From: an uncultured Bacilli bacterium
GTDB taxonomy: Bacteria; Bacillota_I; Bacilli_A; RF39; UBA660
Assembly: GCA_947623935.1 (NCBI GenBank)
Contig: CANQIE010000004.1
Location: 1-57,619, forward strand
Length of the DNA: 57,619 nt
Direction of reading: 5' to 3'
The translations under genes and the position numbers were made by a program. Under the pieces are notes generated by a model. The model had not been told where the DNA came from and searched no databases. It was given only the letters and a program-made list of their open reading frames with translations. The number at the start of each line of letters is the position of its first letter. Positions within the stretch are counted from its first letter, which is position 1. This document shows, one piece after another, positions 37,367 to 47,443 of the stretch.

Positions 37367-38692
37367 TTATTGATTGTTAACAAAATTATAAACTTTTAAT
37401 AGACCATCTAAATTGTAGTCTACTACTTCCTGTTCTTTACCTTCTCTATATAGATGTAATTTATTTTGATTGTCCAAATAAACAAACTTCCCTATTTGTT
37501 TGTTACTTTCATCACCAAAATTAGGTCCAAAATAATAGAATAGTATTTCTTTAATGTCTTTAGCTTCTACGAAATTTAGATAATACGTATTATAATCTTC
37601 TCTAGTAAGGTATTTACTTTTATCTAGTTCTGCTATTGAAATGGAAGCATCTGATAGATAATAAACTTTATTTTCTTTTTCATAAAAGGCGCCAGATTTT
37701 GAATTTGAGTCAATAAATCTATCCACCTTTTCACTTATTTTAGTATTAACTTTAATATCCCCTGCTAATCCATTTAAAATGTCATTAATACCAAATAAGC
37801 CATAAAGTATATGATCAGAAGTTAATATATAAGGAAAATAAGAAACCTCTTTTACGTCATCCATAATTTTTATATAGGTATCTTGTTTTTCCGTTTTACC
37901 ATAAAAAGTATTATTTTCATCTACATAGCCATTAAAATCATCTATAGAAATTACATATTTTGCCTTTATATTCATTTTTTCAAAATTCAGTTTGCGATTA
38001 AAACCACATGATGTTTCCTTTTTTGCAATCATATTATATGCATATACATTATTGTCCACATCTAAAAATAGGCCGCATCCATAACCACTAGTACTCATTT
38101 GTTTTATACTAGAAGCTAATTGAACATAATCTTTGTCCGTGGTTGTATAAATGGAAGTGTTAAAATCTTTAGGATATAAATAGACTTCATTATTATCCAT
38201 TAAATAGAATCCATTTTGAACGACAACAGGAGTAAATGGAAGGTCATCTCGTTTATTAAAATTTTTTTGACCTATACCACATGAAAAATACCCTTGGTCC
38301 GTTGTGACAGAAACACGTTCAATCGTTCTTCCAAAATAAGTATCTACTTTGCAGAATAAGATATTGTTATCTATATCGGAGGGCTTGCCTTCCTCTTTTT
38401 TAGTGTTTGATTTTAATAATAATACTAATCCCAAAATCAACAACATAACAGATAAACTTATTAAAATAATTATTGTTTTATTTTTATTGTTCATTACCAT
38501 AGAATTATCGGTTACTGGTTGAGTTGGTAATTCATAATTATTTATTTGATTATTCGGTTGATTTATAACTTGTGTCGTGACAGGTTGACTGTTCACATTA
38601 CCAGCAGATGATATTGAGCTTAAAGGATATCCACATCCTGCACAAATAGTTGAATCTAGATTGTTTTCAAATCCACACTTTGGACATTTCAT
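37367..38692 (-). CDS. Zinc ribbon-TM-beta-propeller (RCC1-like) protein
   Basis: MKCPKCG...CAGCG, N/Q/P linker, TM, repeated FYLMDNNEVY/FLDVDNNVY blades. Confidence 0.6.
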   Translation of the reverse strand: MKCPKCGFENNLDSTICAGCGYPLSSISSAGNVNSQPVTTQVINQPNNQINNYELPTQPVTDNSMVMNNKNKTIIILISLSVMLLILGLVLLLKSNTKKEEGKPSDIDNNILFCKVDTYFGRTIERVSVTTDQGYFSCGIGQKNFNKRDDLPFTPVVVQNGFYLMDNNEVYLYPKDFNTSIYTTTDKDYVQLASSIKQMSTSGYGCGLFLDVDNNVYAYNMIAKKETSCGFNRKLNFEKMNIKAKYVISIDDFNGYVDENNTFYGKTEKQDTYIKIMDDVKEVSYFPYILTSDHILYGLFGINDILNGLAGDIKVNTKISEKVDRFIDSNSKSGAFYEKENKVYYLSDASISIAELDKSKYLTREDYNTYYLNFVEAKDIKEILFYYFGPNFGDESNKQIGKFVYLDNQNKLHLYREGKEQEVVDYNLDGLLKVYNFVNNQ

Positions 38693-38721
38693 TTACTTTC
38701 CTACTTTCTATTTCTATTTTT

Positions 38722-39510
38722 TTATTGACCAACACTTACTGTTTCTGGTAAAGTGCTTCCACCATCGATTACAAATTCACTTCCGGTGATGTAACTAGAT
38801 TCTTCACTCGCTAAAAAAGCAGCAAGTTCACCTAGTTCATTAATTTTTCCAAGGCGTCCTAAAGGAATCGCATCACTTATAGCATCGATGACACTACTAG
38901 GATCTTCTTTGTTGGTCATTTCAGCAATATTTTGAACCATAGGTGTTTTAATATAACCCGGAAGAATTGCATTAACATTGATGTGATAAGGTGCATATTC
39001 ACGAGCTAAAGATTTTGTAAAACCAATTAAAGCCGCTTTTGAAGTAGCATATGCTACTTCTCCTGGATCTGCAACCATTGGTCCAGTTACAGACGATAAG
39101 TTGATAATCTTTCCATAATTATTTTCAACCATATAAGGAAGGATGGCTTTAGTTACATTCCAAGTACCAATAATATTGATATCAAAGTGATAGTCTCGTA
39201 CTTCATCACTCATCGTAAGAAAAGGCTCTAATTTAGCAACACCTGCATTGTTTACTAAAATATCAATTCTTCCATAATTTTTAATGACATCATTTACGGA
39301 TTCCTCTACTTTAGCTTTGTCGCGAATATCCACTAGATATCCTTTAATAGGATATCCTTTTTCTTTTAAGACTTCCTCGACTTCAAAAACACGTTCATTG
39401 TAATCTGCCACAATCACAGTTGCTCCATACTTCAAAAACATTTTAACAACACCTAAGCCATTTCCCATGGCTCCTCCGGTTACATAAGCAATTTTTCCAT
39501 CTAATTTCAT
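38722..39510 (-). CDS. ucpA: SDR family oxidoreductase UcpA
   Basis: TGGAMGNG, NNAG, SSVTGPMVADPGEVAYATSK, DGGSTLPET. Confidence 0.85.
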   Translation of the reverse strand: MKLDGKIAYVTGGAMGNGLGVVKMFLKYGATVIVADYNERVFEVEEVLKEKGYPIKGYLVDIRDKAKVEESVNDVIKNYGRIDILVNNAGVAKLEPFLTMSDEVRDYHFDINIIGTWNVTKAILPYMVENNYGKIINLSSVTGPMVADPGEVAYATSKAALIGFTKSLAREYAPYHINVNAILPGYIKTPMVQNIAEMTNKEDPSSVIDAISDAIPLGRLGKINELGELAAFLASEESSYITGSEFVIDGGSTLPETVSVGQ

Positions 39511-39519
39511 ATTCTTCTC

Positions 39520-40464
39520 CTATAACATATTTTTCTTTCTTAAGATAAAGGTAATAACTACGGCTATCAGAATTGATATTAAGGTTAAATAGATTGCCGA
39601 TAAAGGATTGGTTCCTAATGAACCAAAAGGTACATTCATTCCAAAGAACGAAAAAATCATGGTTGGAATCGATATCACAATAGTAATCGATGTTAAGAAC
39701 TTCATCACATTATTTAAATTGTTCGAAATAACCGTCGCGAAAGCATCGGTCATACTGCTTAAAATCTCTCGGTACAAAGAAGCCATTTCAATTCCTTGTC
39801 TATTTTCAATAATCGCATCTTCTAACAAATCTATATCCTTTTCAAACAAAGGAATCATATTCCCTTTCGATAATTTTTCTAAAACCGCTTCGTTTTCTCT
39901 TAACGAAGTAGAAAAATAAACTAAACTTTTTTCAAGAGATAACATTTTGACTAAATCATGATTGGAAGTAGAAGAGAACATCATATCTTCGGCTTCTTCC
40001 ATTGTCTTGTTAATCTCTTTTAAACAATTGATGTAATACGTTGAAACTTGATATAAAAGTTGAATGACAAAACGGCTTTTATGATCGGTATAAAATCCCT
40101 TTATTTTATCTTCTTGGAAATCTTTTATAAAAGTAAAATCTTGTTTCGATAGGGTTAAAACATATTGATTTCTAACTAAAAGAATTCCAATAGGATTTGT
40201 CTTTACTTGAGATGACCCATGTTTCATATAGTGCCTTGGTACATCGATAATCACTAACTGAGCATCTTCTTCTTCATCTAGACGTGGTTGTTCTTCTTCG
40301 TCTAGAATGGACGTTAGTAGTTGAGCATCAATCGTAAGTTTTTTTGAAATGGTCGTAATTTCTTCTAGAGTTGGATCGGTTAAATGAATCCAGGATCCTT
40401 CTTCGATTTTCTTTAATTCTTTTATTTTTTTATCGTTTTCTAACTTTTTATAAATCTGTATCAT
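39520..40464 (-). CDS. corA: CorA family Mg2+ transporter
   Basis: FFGMNV (GMN) motif between two C-terminal TMs; start at MIQIYK after SD GAGGTG. Confidence 0.9.
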   Translation of the reverse strand: MIQIYKKLENDKKIKELKKIEEGSWIHLTDPTLEEITTISKKLTIDAQLLTSILDEEEQPRLDEEEDAQLVIIDVPRHYMKHGSSQVKTNPIGILLVRNQYVLTLSKQDFTFIKDFQEDKIKGFYTDHKSRFVIQLLYQVSTYYINCLKEINKTMEEAEDMMFSSTSNHDLVKMLSLEKSLVYFSTSLRENEAVLEKLSKGNMIPLFEKDIDLLEDAIIENRQGIEMASLYREILSSMTDAFATVISNNLNNVMKFLTSITIVISIPTMIFSFFGMNVPFGSLGTNPLSAIYLTLISILIAVVITFILRKKNML

Positions 40465-40561
40465 ACCAAACACCTCGCATTCTAAAATTAGTATAAATCC
40501 AAAAAAAGATAAAAGCAATGCTTTTACCGGGTTATTATTTCTTTAAACATGTAAATTAAAT

Positions 40562-41233
40562 TTATTTAGTTCGCCCCTTTTTACGTGTTAAATAATTTTT
40601 AGAAACGACAAACATATCCGCAACAGACAAAAGGTCTGCTAAGATAGCCATGACAATAAAAAGCATATTTTGCGAAAGAACAAATGTATAACGAAGTCCA
40701 CTAATAATGGCAATTGACATAGGCCACATTTTAAGTTTTCCTAAAATGGTAGGACACATGGCATCTCCTTCTAAAAAGGCACTTTTAATTCCCTTTTTCC
40801 TTTTTTGTTTAAATTTTCCATCTTCTATTTTATCGATAATTGTAATACTTGCTACAAAAAGATCTCTTATTAAGGTAGGAGCAAGTAAAAGAATACTTTT
40901 TATTGGAAAAAGTCCTGTTAAAAATAAGGTTAAAGCAAGCCCCCAGTTAAAGATTTTATCGGCCACCGCATCGAGTGTTCCACCAAGTTCTGAAGAACAA
41001 TTAAATTTTCTTGCAATAAAGCCATCAAGCGTATCGGTTAAGACAATTAAGGCTGCAAGCAAAGGAAGATGCCAAGGTGAAGTTATTCCACCAATCGATA
41101 AAGGTGTTAATCTTCTAGTTACCAAATAGAAAATAAGATAGATCGTTCCTAAAATGCGTCCTAACGTAATAATATTAGGAACCGTTAAAATATCTTTTTT
41201 AAAATCTTTCGTCGTTAATATTTCTCTTTTCAT
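40562..41233 (-). CDS. CDP-alcohol phosphatidyltransferase (PgsA-like)
   Basis: PNIITLGR; DTLDGFIARKFNCSSELGGTLDAVADK signature. Confidence 0.88.
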   Translation of the reverse strand: MKREILTTKDFKKDILTVPNIITLGRILGTIYLIFYLVTRRLTPLSIGGITSPWHLPLLAALIVLTDTLDGFIARKFNCSSELGGTLDAVADKIFNWGLALTLFLTGLFPIKSILLLAPTLIRDLFVASITIIDKIEDGKFKQKRKKGIKSAFLEGDAMCPTILGKLKMWPMSIAIISGLRYTFVLSQNMLFIVMAILADLLSVADMFVVSKNYLTRKKGRTK

Positions 41234-41322
41234 AAGGCTCCTTTCTTCTATTTTTTATCGTACGACTAGAATAAACTCATGTCAAGAAAAAAAGCCCTTT
41301 AGAAAGGCTGTTTACAAAAAAG

Positions 41323-42033
41323 TTACTCCAATATTTGAAGGGATTCTTTATCTTTATTCTTCTTAAAGACAGTAAGTTTTTCATTGCTATCCATAATAAC
41401 CAAAAGAAGACTAGATAAATCATCGTACCCTTCGTTTTTTAAACGTGTGCGTAACCACTTTTCATCTTTCTCTAAAGCTTTCAAGTTCTTTTTCATCACA
41501 TTTCCATCTATGACTAGATTCGCACATAAACCTTGATAGTTTGCTTTTATTTTGAGATCTTTTAAAGTCGCAGGTTGATATTTGCTTTTGAGTAAGAAAC
41601 TAATTTTTCCATTTCCTTCCATTAAGGCATACTCCACTTGCGATAAATCAAAATAACCATTCACTCTAGCCTCTTGTAATAAATCATTAATATCGAGTTT
41701 AGCTACTTTCATATTCTTCATAATGATTTCCCCGTTTTGAATTAAAATCAAAGGACTTCCTATAAAGAAACGTCTAGCTTTGATACTTTTCATGGTGAGA
41801 ATCGAAATCAAAAGGGCAATAACGGCATAAATAATGAGTGCAAAGACTCCTTCAAAAAAATTGATTTCTTCGTTTAACGTCATTTCAGCTGCAATAGAAC
41901 CAATGGTAATACCTATGACGTAATCGAATAAGTTCATTTGTCCTACTTGTTTTCTTCCCATCATCTTGGTAAGAAGAAACAAAACAATGACCGAAACAAT
42001 TCCTTTTCCTAAAATAAAAAGATAACCTTCCAT
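41323..42033 (-). CDS. DUF421 (YetF-like) membrane protein
   Basis: MGRKQVGQMNLFDYVIGITIGSIAA, ALMEGNGKIS. Confidence 0.88.
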   Translation of the reverse strand: MEGYLFILGKGIVSVIVLFLLTKMMGRKQVGQMNLFDYVIGITIGSIAAEMTLNEEINFFEGVFALIIYAVIALLISILTMKSIKARRFFIGSPLILIQNGEIIMKNMKVAKLDINDLLQEARVNGYFDLSQVEYALMEGNGKISFLLKSKYQPATLKDLKIKANYQGLCANLVIDGNVMKKNLKALEKDEKWLRTRLKNEGYDDLSSLLLVIMDSNEKLTVFKKNKDKESLQILE

Positions 42034-42076
42034 ACCATCACCTAAGGTTATCTTTCCCAAAATTCGTTTTTCTATA

Positions 42077-43735
42077 CTAAAAGAGTCCTGTTATTTTGTC
42101 ATTAACACAATCGATTTTTTCATAGTTAGGTACCTTTGGAAGACCAGGCATAGCTAAGATATCGCCTAATAAGAAAGTAATAAAACCTGCTCCTAAATAA
42201 GGAACAATATCAGTTACATGTAGAGTATAATCAGTGGGGTTACCTAACTTTTTAGGATCATCCGATAGAGAGTATTGCGTTTTAGAAACACATATTGGAA
42301 GTGTATTTTTATGAATGGAATTTAATAGAGCAATCTTTTGCTTGGCTTCTTCGCTATAGACAATCTCTTTAGCATGGAAAATTTCTTTGGCAAGTATTTC
42401 TAATTTCTTTGTAATATCAATATTATCTTCATAGAGATAAGTAAAGTTGGATTCTTCTTCTAAGGCATCTAGTACTTTAGTAGCTAGATCAAGAGATCCC
42501 TTTCCACCTTCTTTAAAACTATTGTTAATAGCAAAAGGAATATTTTTTTGAGCACAATAATTCTTTACTAATTCTATTTCTTCTAACGTATCTGTTTCAT
42601 ATTTATTGAGGGTTACTACTAAAGGTACTTTAAATTTTAACAAATTTTTTATATGGGCTTCTAGATTGCAAAGTCCTTTTTCGAGTGTATTTAAGTCTTC
42701 CTTCATCAAGTTTTCATCCAGACATCCACCATGAAGTTTAAGTGCTTTAATAGTAGCAATCAGCACCATAGCATCTGGTTTTAAGTTTCCTATACGACAC
42801 TTGATATCACAAAACTTAGTAGCTCCCAAATCTGATCCAAAGCCTGCTTCTGTTACTACATAATCGGCAAGCTGAAGTCCCATGTTGGTTGCAATTAAGC
42901 TGTTGCAGCCATGAGCAATGTTCGCAAAAGGTCCTCCATGAATTAGAACCGGATTCCCTTCTAATGTTTGCACTAAATTGGGGTGAATCGCCTCTTTTAA
43001 TAACGTAACCATTGCTCCACTAATGTGAAAATCTTTGGCATAGACCGGTTTTTTATCATAAGTATATCCTACTAAAATGGAATCAATTCTTCCTCTTAAA
43101 TCTTCTAAGTCTTTAGCAAGGCAAAAAATCGTCATGATTTCACTGGCCGCGGTAATCGTAAAGTGTTCTTTTCTTTTTATTTCTTTGGCACTTGATAATC
43201 CAATTTCAATACTTCTTAAGGCACGATCGTTCATATCAAGGCACCGTGCAAATGTAATAGAATCAGGATCTAGATTCAAAGGATTTCCAAAATAAAGCGA
43301 ATTATCAATTGCTGCACACAACAAGTTATTAGCTGACGTAATCGCATGAAAGTCTCCATTAAAATGAAGATTGATGTCTTCCATCGGTAGTACTTGACTA
43401 TATCCTCCACCAGTTGCTCCTCCTTTAAGACCAAAGACAGGTCCTAGGGATGGTTCACGTAACACCGCCAAAGATTTTTTCCCAAGACGACATAAGGCAT
43501 CATCTAAGCCAATGGTAACGGTTGTCTTTCCTTCTCCATATTTTGTAGGCGTTATCGCGGTTACCAAGATAAGTTTTCCCTTTTGGGTTTTCTCTATCTT
43601 ATCTTTTACGACTTTTGCTTTGTACTTTCCATAAAGTGAAAGGTCATCTATCGTTAAGTCTATCTTTTTAGCAACTTCTACAATCTCTTCCATCTTACTA
43701 TTTTGAGCAATTTCAATATCAGTCAAAAGTATCAT
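42077..43735 (-). CDS. fhs: Formate-tetrahydrofolate ligase
   Basis: TPTKYGEGKTT, REPSLGPVFGLKGGATGGG, HGGPFANIAHG, MPGLP. Confidence 0.97.
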   Translation of the reverse strand: MILLTDIEIAQNSKMEEIVEVAKKIDLTIDDLSLYGKYKAKVVKDKIEKTQKGKLILVTAITPTKYGEGKTTVTIGLDDALCRLGKKSLAVLREPSLGPVFGLKGGATGGGYSQVLPMEDINLHFNGDFHAITSANNLLCAAIDNSLYFGNPLNLDPDSITFARCLDMNDRALRSIEIGLSSAKEIKRKEHFTITAASEIMTIFCLAKDLEDLRGRIDSILVGYTYDKKPVYAKDFHISGAMVTLLKEAIHPNLVQTLEGNPVLIHGGPFANIAHGCNSLIATNMGLQLADYVVTEAGFGSDLGATKFCDIKCRIGNLKPDAMVLIATIKALKLHGGCLDENLMKEDLNTLEKGLCNLEAHIKNLLKFKVPLVVTLNKYETDTLEEIELVKNYCAQKNIPFAINNSFKEGGKGSLDLATKVLDALEEESNFTYLYEDNIDITKKLEILAKEIFHAKEIVYSEEAKQKIALLNSIHKNTLPICVSKTQYSLSDDPKKLGNPTDYTLHVTDIVPYLGAGFITFLLGDILAMPGLPKVPNYEKIDCVNDKITGLF

Positions 43736-43908
43736 CTCCTTTCTCTATTATACAATAGATGACTCTATTTTAAAAAAAATTTAAAAAATTTAAAATACTT
43801 AACTTTTTCATATTTCCTTTAAAAGCCGTTTCGAATTTTAAATTTTCTCCTTAAACGAAATCTTAAAAACCTTTTAAAATAAGGGTTTAAAATCTTAAAA
43901 AGGGCGAT

Positions 43909-43937
43909 TTGCAATTAAAAAAAGAAGGCTTTATAGT
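43909..43937 (+). promoter_or_regulatory. Sigma-A promoter of the adhesin-sortase operon
   Basis: TTGCAA-N17-TATAGT. Confidence 0.55.
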
Positions 43938-43978
43938 AGGCGTTGTCCAAGCGCAAAATGGACAGAAAAGGAGAATTT

Positions 43979-46900
43979 ATGAAAAAGAAATTAGTAGTAA
44001 TATTGATTCTGTTTTTATCTTTTTTATTCCCAGAGATGGTAAATGCCACCACACATTTTCATAATGGTGAATATATTGATAAACTTTATGTTAAAAAAAT
44101 AAAAGCAGATGGAACAGGCAGATTTCAACAAGCACTCTTTTTGCGAAGAGATGATGGACAATTTGCCTATTGTATTGAACCATGGGAAGAAATTGATGCT
44201 GGAACTTCCTATAATGAGGGAGTAGATGTTCACTCCCTGGACGATGCTACCTTAGAACAAATATCACTCATTGCCTATTATGGTTATCAATACAAAGATA
44301 GCAAGTATGACCACCGGGATGATAAGTGGTACTATTTTACACAAATACTCATTTGGAGAGAAATTGATAAAAGTTCTGAGTTCTATTTTACGGACACTTT
44401 GAATGGAAACAAAATTACCACCTACGACGATCAACTGAACGAAATATTAACTTTAGTGAAGAAGAATAAAAAGACTCCAGACTTCCAAGTTACGACCGTG
44501 AACTTAGGATATGGAGATGGATCTGATTTAATCGATATCAACTATGTATTATCCTATTATGAGATTACCCATTCTCCCACTAATGCCACGGCCACCATCG
44601 ATGGCAATATGCTTCGTATTCGAAATACGCAAATAGGAAAAAGTACGATTACTATGCAAAGAAAGGATACCAAATACAGTACCGCCCCTTTGCTCTATCG
44701 GCACGATGTAAAACAAGACTTTTTAGTCGTAGGAAGTTTTAAACCTCAAGAAATTACAATCAACCTCAATGTGGTGGGAGGAGAAATCATCTTAAAGAAA
44801 GTGGATCAAGATACCCACCAAGGGACACCTCAAGGGGATGCTAGCCTTTTAGGAAGTATTTTTGAAATCTACGATAGTAAAAACCAACTCGTCCATCAAG
44901 TCACTTTAACCGACTCTACAGAAGTTTCCATTACCGGACTAAAGATGGGAAAATATAAAATCAAAGAAATCGAAGTTGGAACCGGTTATTTAAAAAATGA
45001 ACAAGAAATCACCGTTGATCTTAACAAGCTCAATACCCAAAAAGAAGTTATTTTTGAAAACAAAGTAATTGAAAACGAGATTACCATTCAAAAATATTAT
45101 GGTGCCACGCACAAAGGATTTAGGGAAGAAGAAGGAATTACTTTCGAAATCTATAATCAAAAAGGAGAAAAAGTCAAAGAAGTTACTACCAATCAAGAAG
45201 GAAAAGCCACCTTTTCTCTTCCATATGGAACTTATAATGTTAAACAAAAGAATAGTAAATACAACTATGAGAAAGTGGAAGACTTTACCATTACCGTAAG
45301 TGAGAATGGAAAAACACAGACCTTTACCAAGTACAATTACGAAAAGTTTGGAAAAATAATCATTAACAAAGTAGATCAAGATACCAAAGCGCGTATTCAA
45401 AATAATAAAGCTGTCTTTCGCTTAATCAACAAAGATACAAAAGAGACTATTGGAACTTATGAAACCTATAATGATGGAAGTATCACCATCGATCAACTTT
45501 CTTATGGCACTTATGAATTACAAGAAATAGAAGCTCCTACCGGGTATGTCTTAAATACCAAAAGTTACACCTTTGAAATAGGAAATGAAAATCGCACCAT
45601 TACTTATGACTTTGAAAACAAAATTATCGAAAACAAGATTACGCTCATCAAATACTATGGAACACCCCATAAAGGTTTCAAGAAAGAAGAAGGAATTACT
45701 TTCGAAATCTACAATCAAAAAGGAGAGAAAGTCAAAGAAGTTACCACCAATCAAAATGGAGAAGTCACTTTTACTCTTGCTTATGGAACCTATACCGTAA
45801 AACAAAAGAATGGAAAATATAACTACGAGAAAGTAGAAGACTTTACGATTACGGTAAGCGAAGATGGGAAAATACAAAATTTTACCAAGTACAATTATGA
45901 AAAATTAGGAAAAATCACGATTTATAAAGTAGATTTAGATACCAAAAATATAATTCAAAATAACAAAGCCAGGTTTTATTTAATTAACAAAGATACCATG
46001 GAAGAACTGGGTATTTATGAAACCGATGAAAGTGGACATCTTATCATTGATAAACTTTCCTATGGAACTTATGAATTAAAAGAAGTAGAGGCTCCTACCG
46101 GCTATGTTTTAAATACTACTCCTTATGTTTTTGAAATCAACGACGACAACCGTGATATTACATATCACTTTGAAAATAAGATCATCGAAAATGTCATTAC
46201 TATTACTAAATACTATGGTGCTAGTCATAAAGGTTTTTATAAAGAAGCAGGAATTACTTTTCAAATTTTTAATGTGAATGGAAAATTGGTGAAAGAAGTC
46301 ACTACAGATTATAACGGAGAAGCCACTTTTATTCTTCCTTATGGAACTTATACAGTAAAGCAAAAAAATAGTAAATACAACTATTATAAAGTAGAGGATT
46401 TTACGATTGTAGTGGAAGAAAATGGAAAACAACAATTTTTTACCAAATACAATTATGAAAAACTAGGTAGACTTACGCTTGAAAAAATCGATTCGGATAC
46501 CAAAGAAAAAATTAAAAACAATAAAACTACTTTTGTATTAATAAATCATGTAACTAAAAAAGAACTAGGCATTTATGAAACAGATAACGATGGAAATCTT
46601 GTCATTGATAAGCTTTCCTATGGAACTTACGAACTATATGAAATGACTGCTCCTACAGGATACGTATTACAAAAAGAACCGTTACTTTTCACGATTCAAG
46701 ATGGAAGTCAAAATCTTTCATTTACTTTTGAAAATAAAAAAATTGAAAACAAAATTACCATACATAAATATTATGGAAATGCTATTAAAGGCTACTTAGA
46801 TGAAGTAGGAATTACTTTCGAGATTTACGATTCGAATGGAAGTCTTGTCATAGAAGTAACGACTGATCAACAAGGAATAGCTACTTTCTATTTGAAATAT

Positions 46901-47443
46901 GGAACGTATCTTGTAAAGCAAAAAACTACTAAACCAAACTATGAAAAGGTAGAGGACTTCCTCATTAAAGTAGAAAAAGATAAAGAAGAACAAGTCTTTG
47001 AAAAATATAATCAAGAGAAATTAGGAAGTCTTATTCTTTATAAGATCGATAAAGAGACAAAAAATCTCATTAAAGCAAATCCTGCTACTTTTCTTCTTAT
47101 TAATTTAGATACCAAAGAAGAAATTGGAACTTATCAAACGGATAAAGAAGGTCTTTTAAAAATTGAATCACTTTCTTACGGACATTATAAACTAATTGAA
47201 ATAGAAGCACCTTATGGTTATATTTTAAATACCAAAGAAATAACTTTTACCATTGATGATGAACATAGAATAGTAGAATTTTCTGTTGAAAATGAAAAAC
47301 AAATTGAAGTAGTAGTAGAAGTCCCTAATACCGGAATTATAGAGGAGGAACATGTTCAAAAAAGGAATACTACTTTTGATTCTAGGAGTTTTAATTATGA
47401 ATATGAATTTTACGATCGAAAGAAAAGAAAACAGTGTTACTAA
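43979..47443 (+). CDS. Thioester-domain (TED) adhesin with SpaA/CnaB-type repeats and a VPNTG sorting motif
   Basis: Signal peptide; TED motifs AYCIEP and TQILIW; repeated LSYGTYELxExEAPTGY and FEN-K domains; VPNTG near the C-terminus; start after SD AAGGAG. Confidence 0.85.
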   Translation: MKKKLVVILILFLSFLFPEMVNATTHFHNGEYIDKLYVKKIKADGTGRFQQALFLRRDDGQFAYCIEPWEEIDAGTSYNEGVDVHSLDDATLEQISLIAYYGYQYKDSKYDHRDDKWYYFTQILIWREIDKSSEFYFTDTLNGNKITTYDDQLNEILTLVKKNKKTPDFQVTTVNLGYGDGSDLIDINYVLSYYEITHSPTNATATIDGNMLRIRNTQIGKSTITMQRKDTKYSTAPLLYRHDVKQDFLVVGSFKPQEITINLNVVGGEIILKKVDQDTHQGTPQGDASLLGSIFEIYDSKNQLVHQVTLTDSTEVSITGLKMGKYKIKEIEVGTGYLKNEQEITVDLNKLNTQKEVIFENKVIENEITIQKYYGATHKGFREEEGITFEIYNQKGEKVKEVTTNQEGKATFSLPYGTYNVKQKNSKYNYEKVEDFTITVSENGKTQTFTKYNYEKFGKIIINKVDQDTKARIQNNKAVFRLINKDTKETIGTYETYNDGSITIDQLSYGTYELQEIEAPTGYVLNTKSYTFEIGNENRTITYDFENKIIENKITLIKYYGTPHKGFKKEEGITFEIYNQKGEKVKEVTTNQNGEVTFTLAYGTYTVKQKNGKYNYEKVEDFTITVSEDGKIQNFTKYNYEKLGKITIYKVDLDTKNIIQNNKARFYLINKDTMEELGIYETDESGHLIIDKLSYGTYELKEVEAPTGYVLNTTPYVFEINDDNRDITYHFENKIIENVITITKYYGASHKGFYKEAGITFQIFNVNGKLVKEVTTDYNGEATFILPYGTYTVKQKNSKYNYYKVEDFTIVVEENGKQQFFTKYNYEKLGRLTLEKIDSDTKEKIKNNKTTFVLINHVTKKELGIYETDNDGNLVIDKLSYGTYELYEMTAPTGYVLQKEPLLFTIQDGSQNLSFTFENKKIENKITIHKYYGNAIKGYLDEVGITFEIYDSNGSLVIEVTTDQQGIATFYLKYGTYLVKQKTTKPNYEKVEDFLIKVEKDKEEQVFEKYNQEKLGSLILYKIDKETKNLIKANPATFLLINLDTKEEIGTYQTDKEGLLKIESLSYGHYKLIEIEAPYGYILNTKEITFTIDDEHRIVEFSVENEKQIEVVVEVPNTGIIEEEHVQKRNTTFDSRSFNYEYEFYDRKKRKQCY
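45053..47284 (+). repeat. Four tandem 558-bp (186-aa, two-domain) coding repeats
   Basis: TTTGAAAA(C/T)AA boundaries at 45053, 45611, 46169 and 46727, and GTTGAAAAT at 47285. Confidence 0.85.

Noticed and set aside
42049-42077. Sigma-F-like promoter (GTATA-N14/15-GGGAAAGATA) before the DUF421 gene, and GGTCATACTA before the DUF2179 gene
   Set aside because: Plausible but imperfect matches in AT-rich DNA; too weak to list as features
43938-43975. Small hairpin TGTCCA-N9-TGGACA in the adhesin leader as a c-di-GMP riboswitch
   Set aside because: Too short and lacks the second stem and tetraloop/receptor of the known classes
44990-47014. Repeated hydrophobic antisense ORFs inside the adhesin gene
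   Set aside because: Shadows of the 558-bp coding repeats; the other short overlapping antisense ORFs in the track were dismissed likewise
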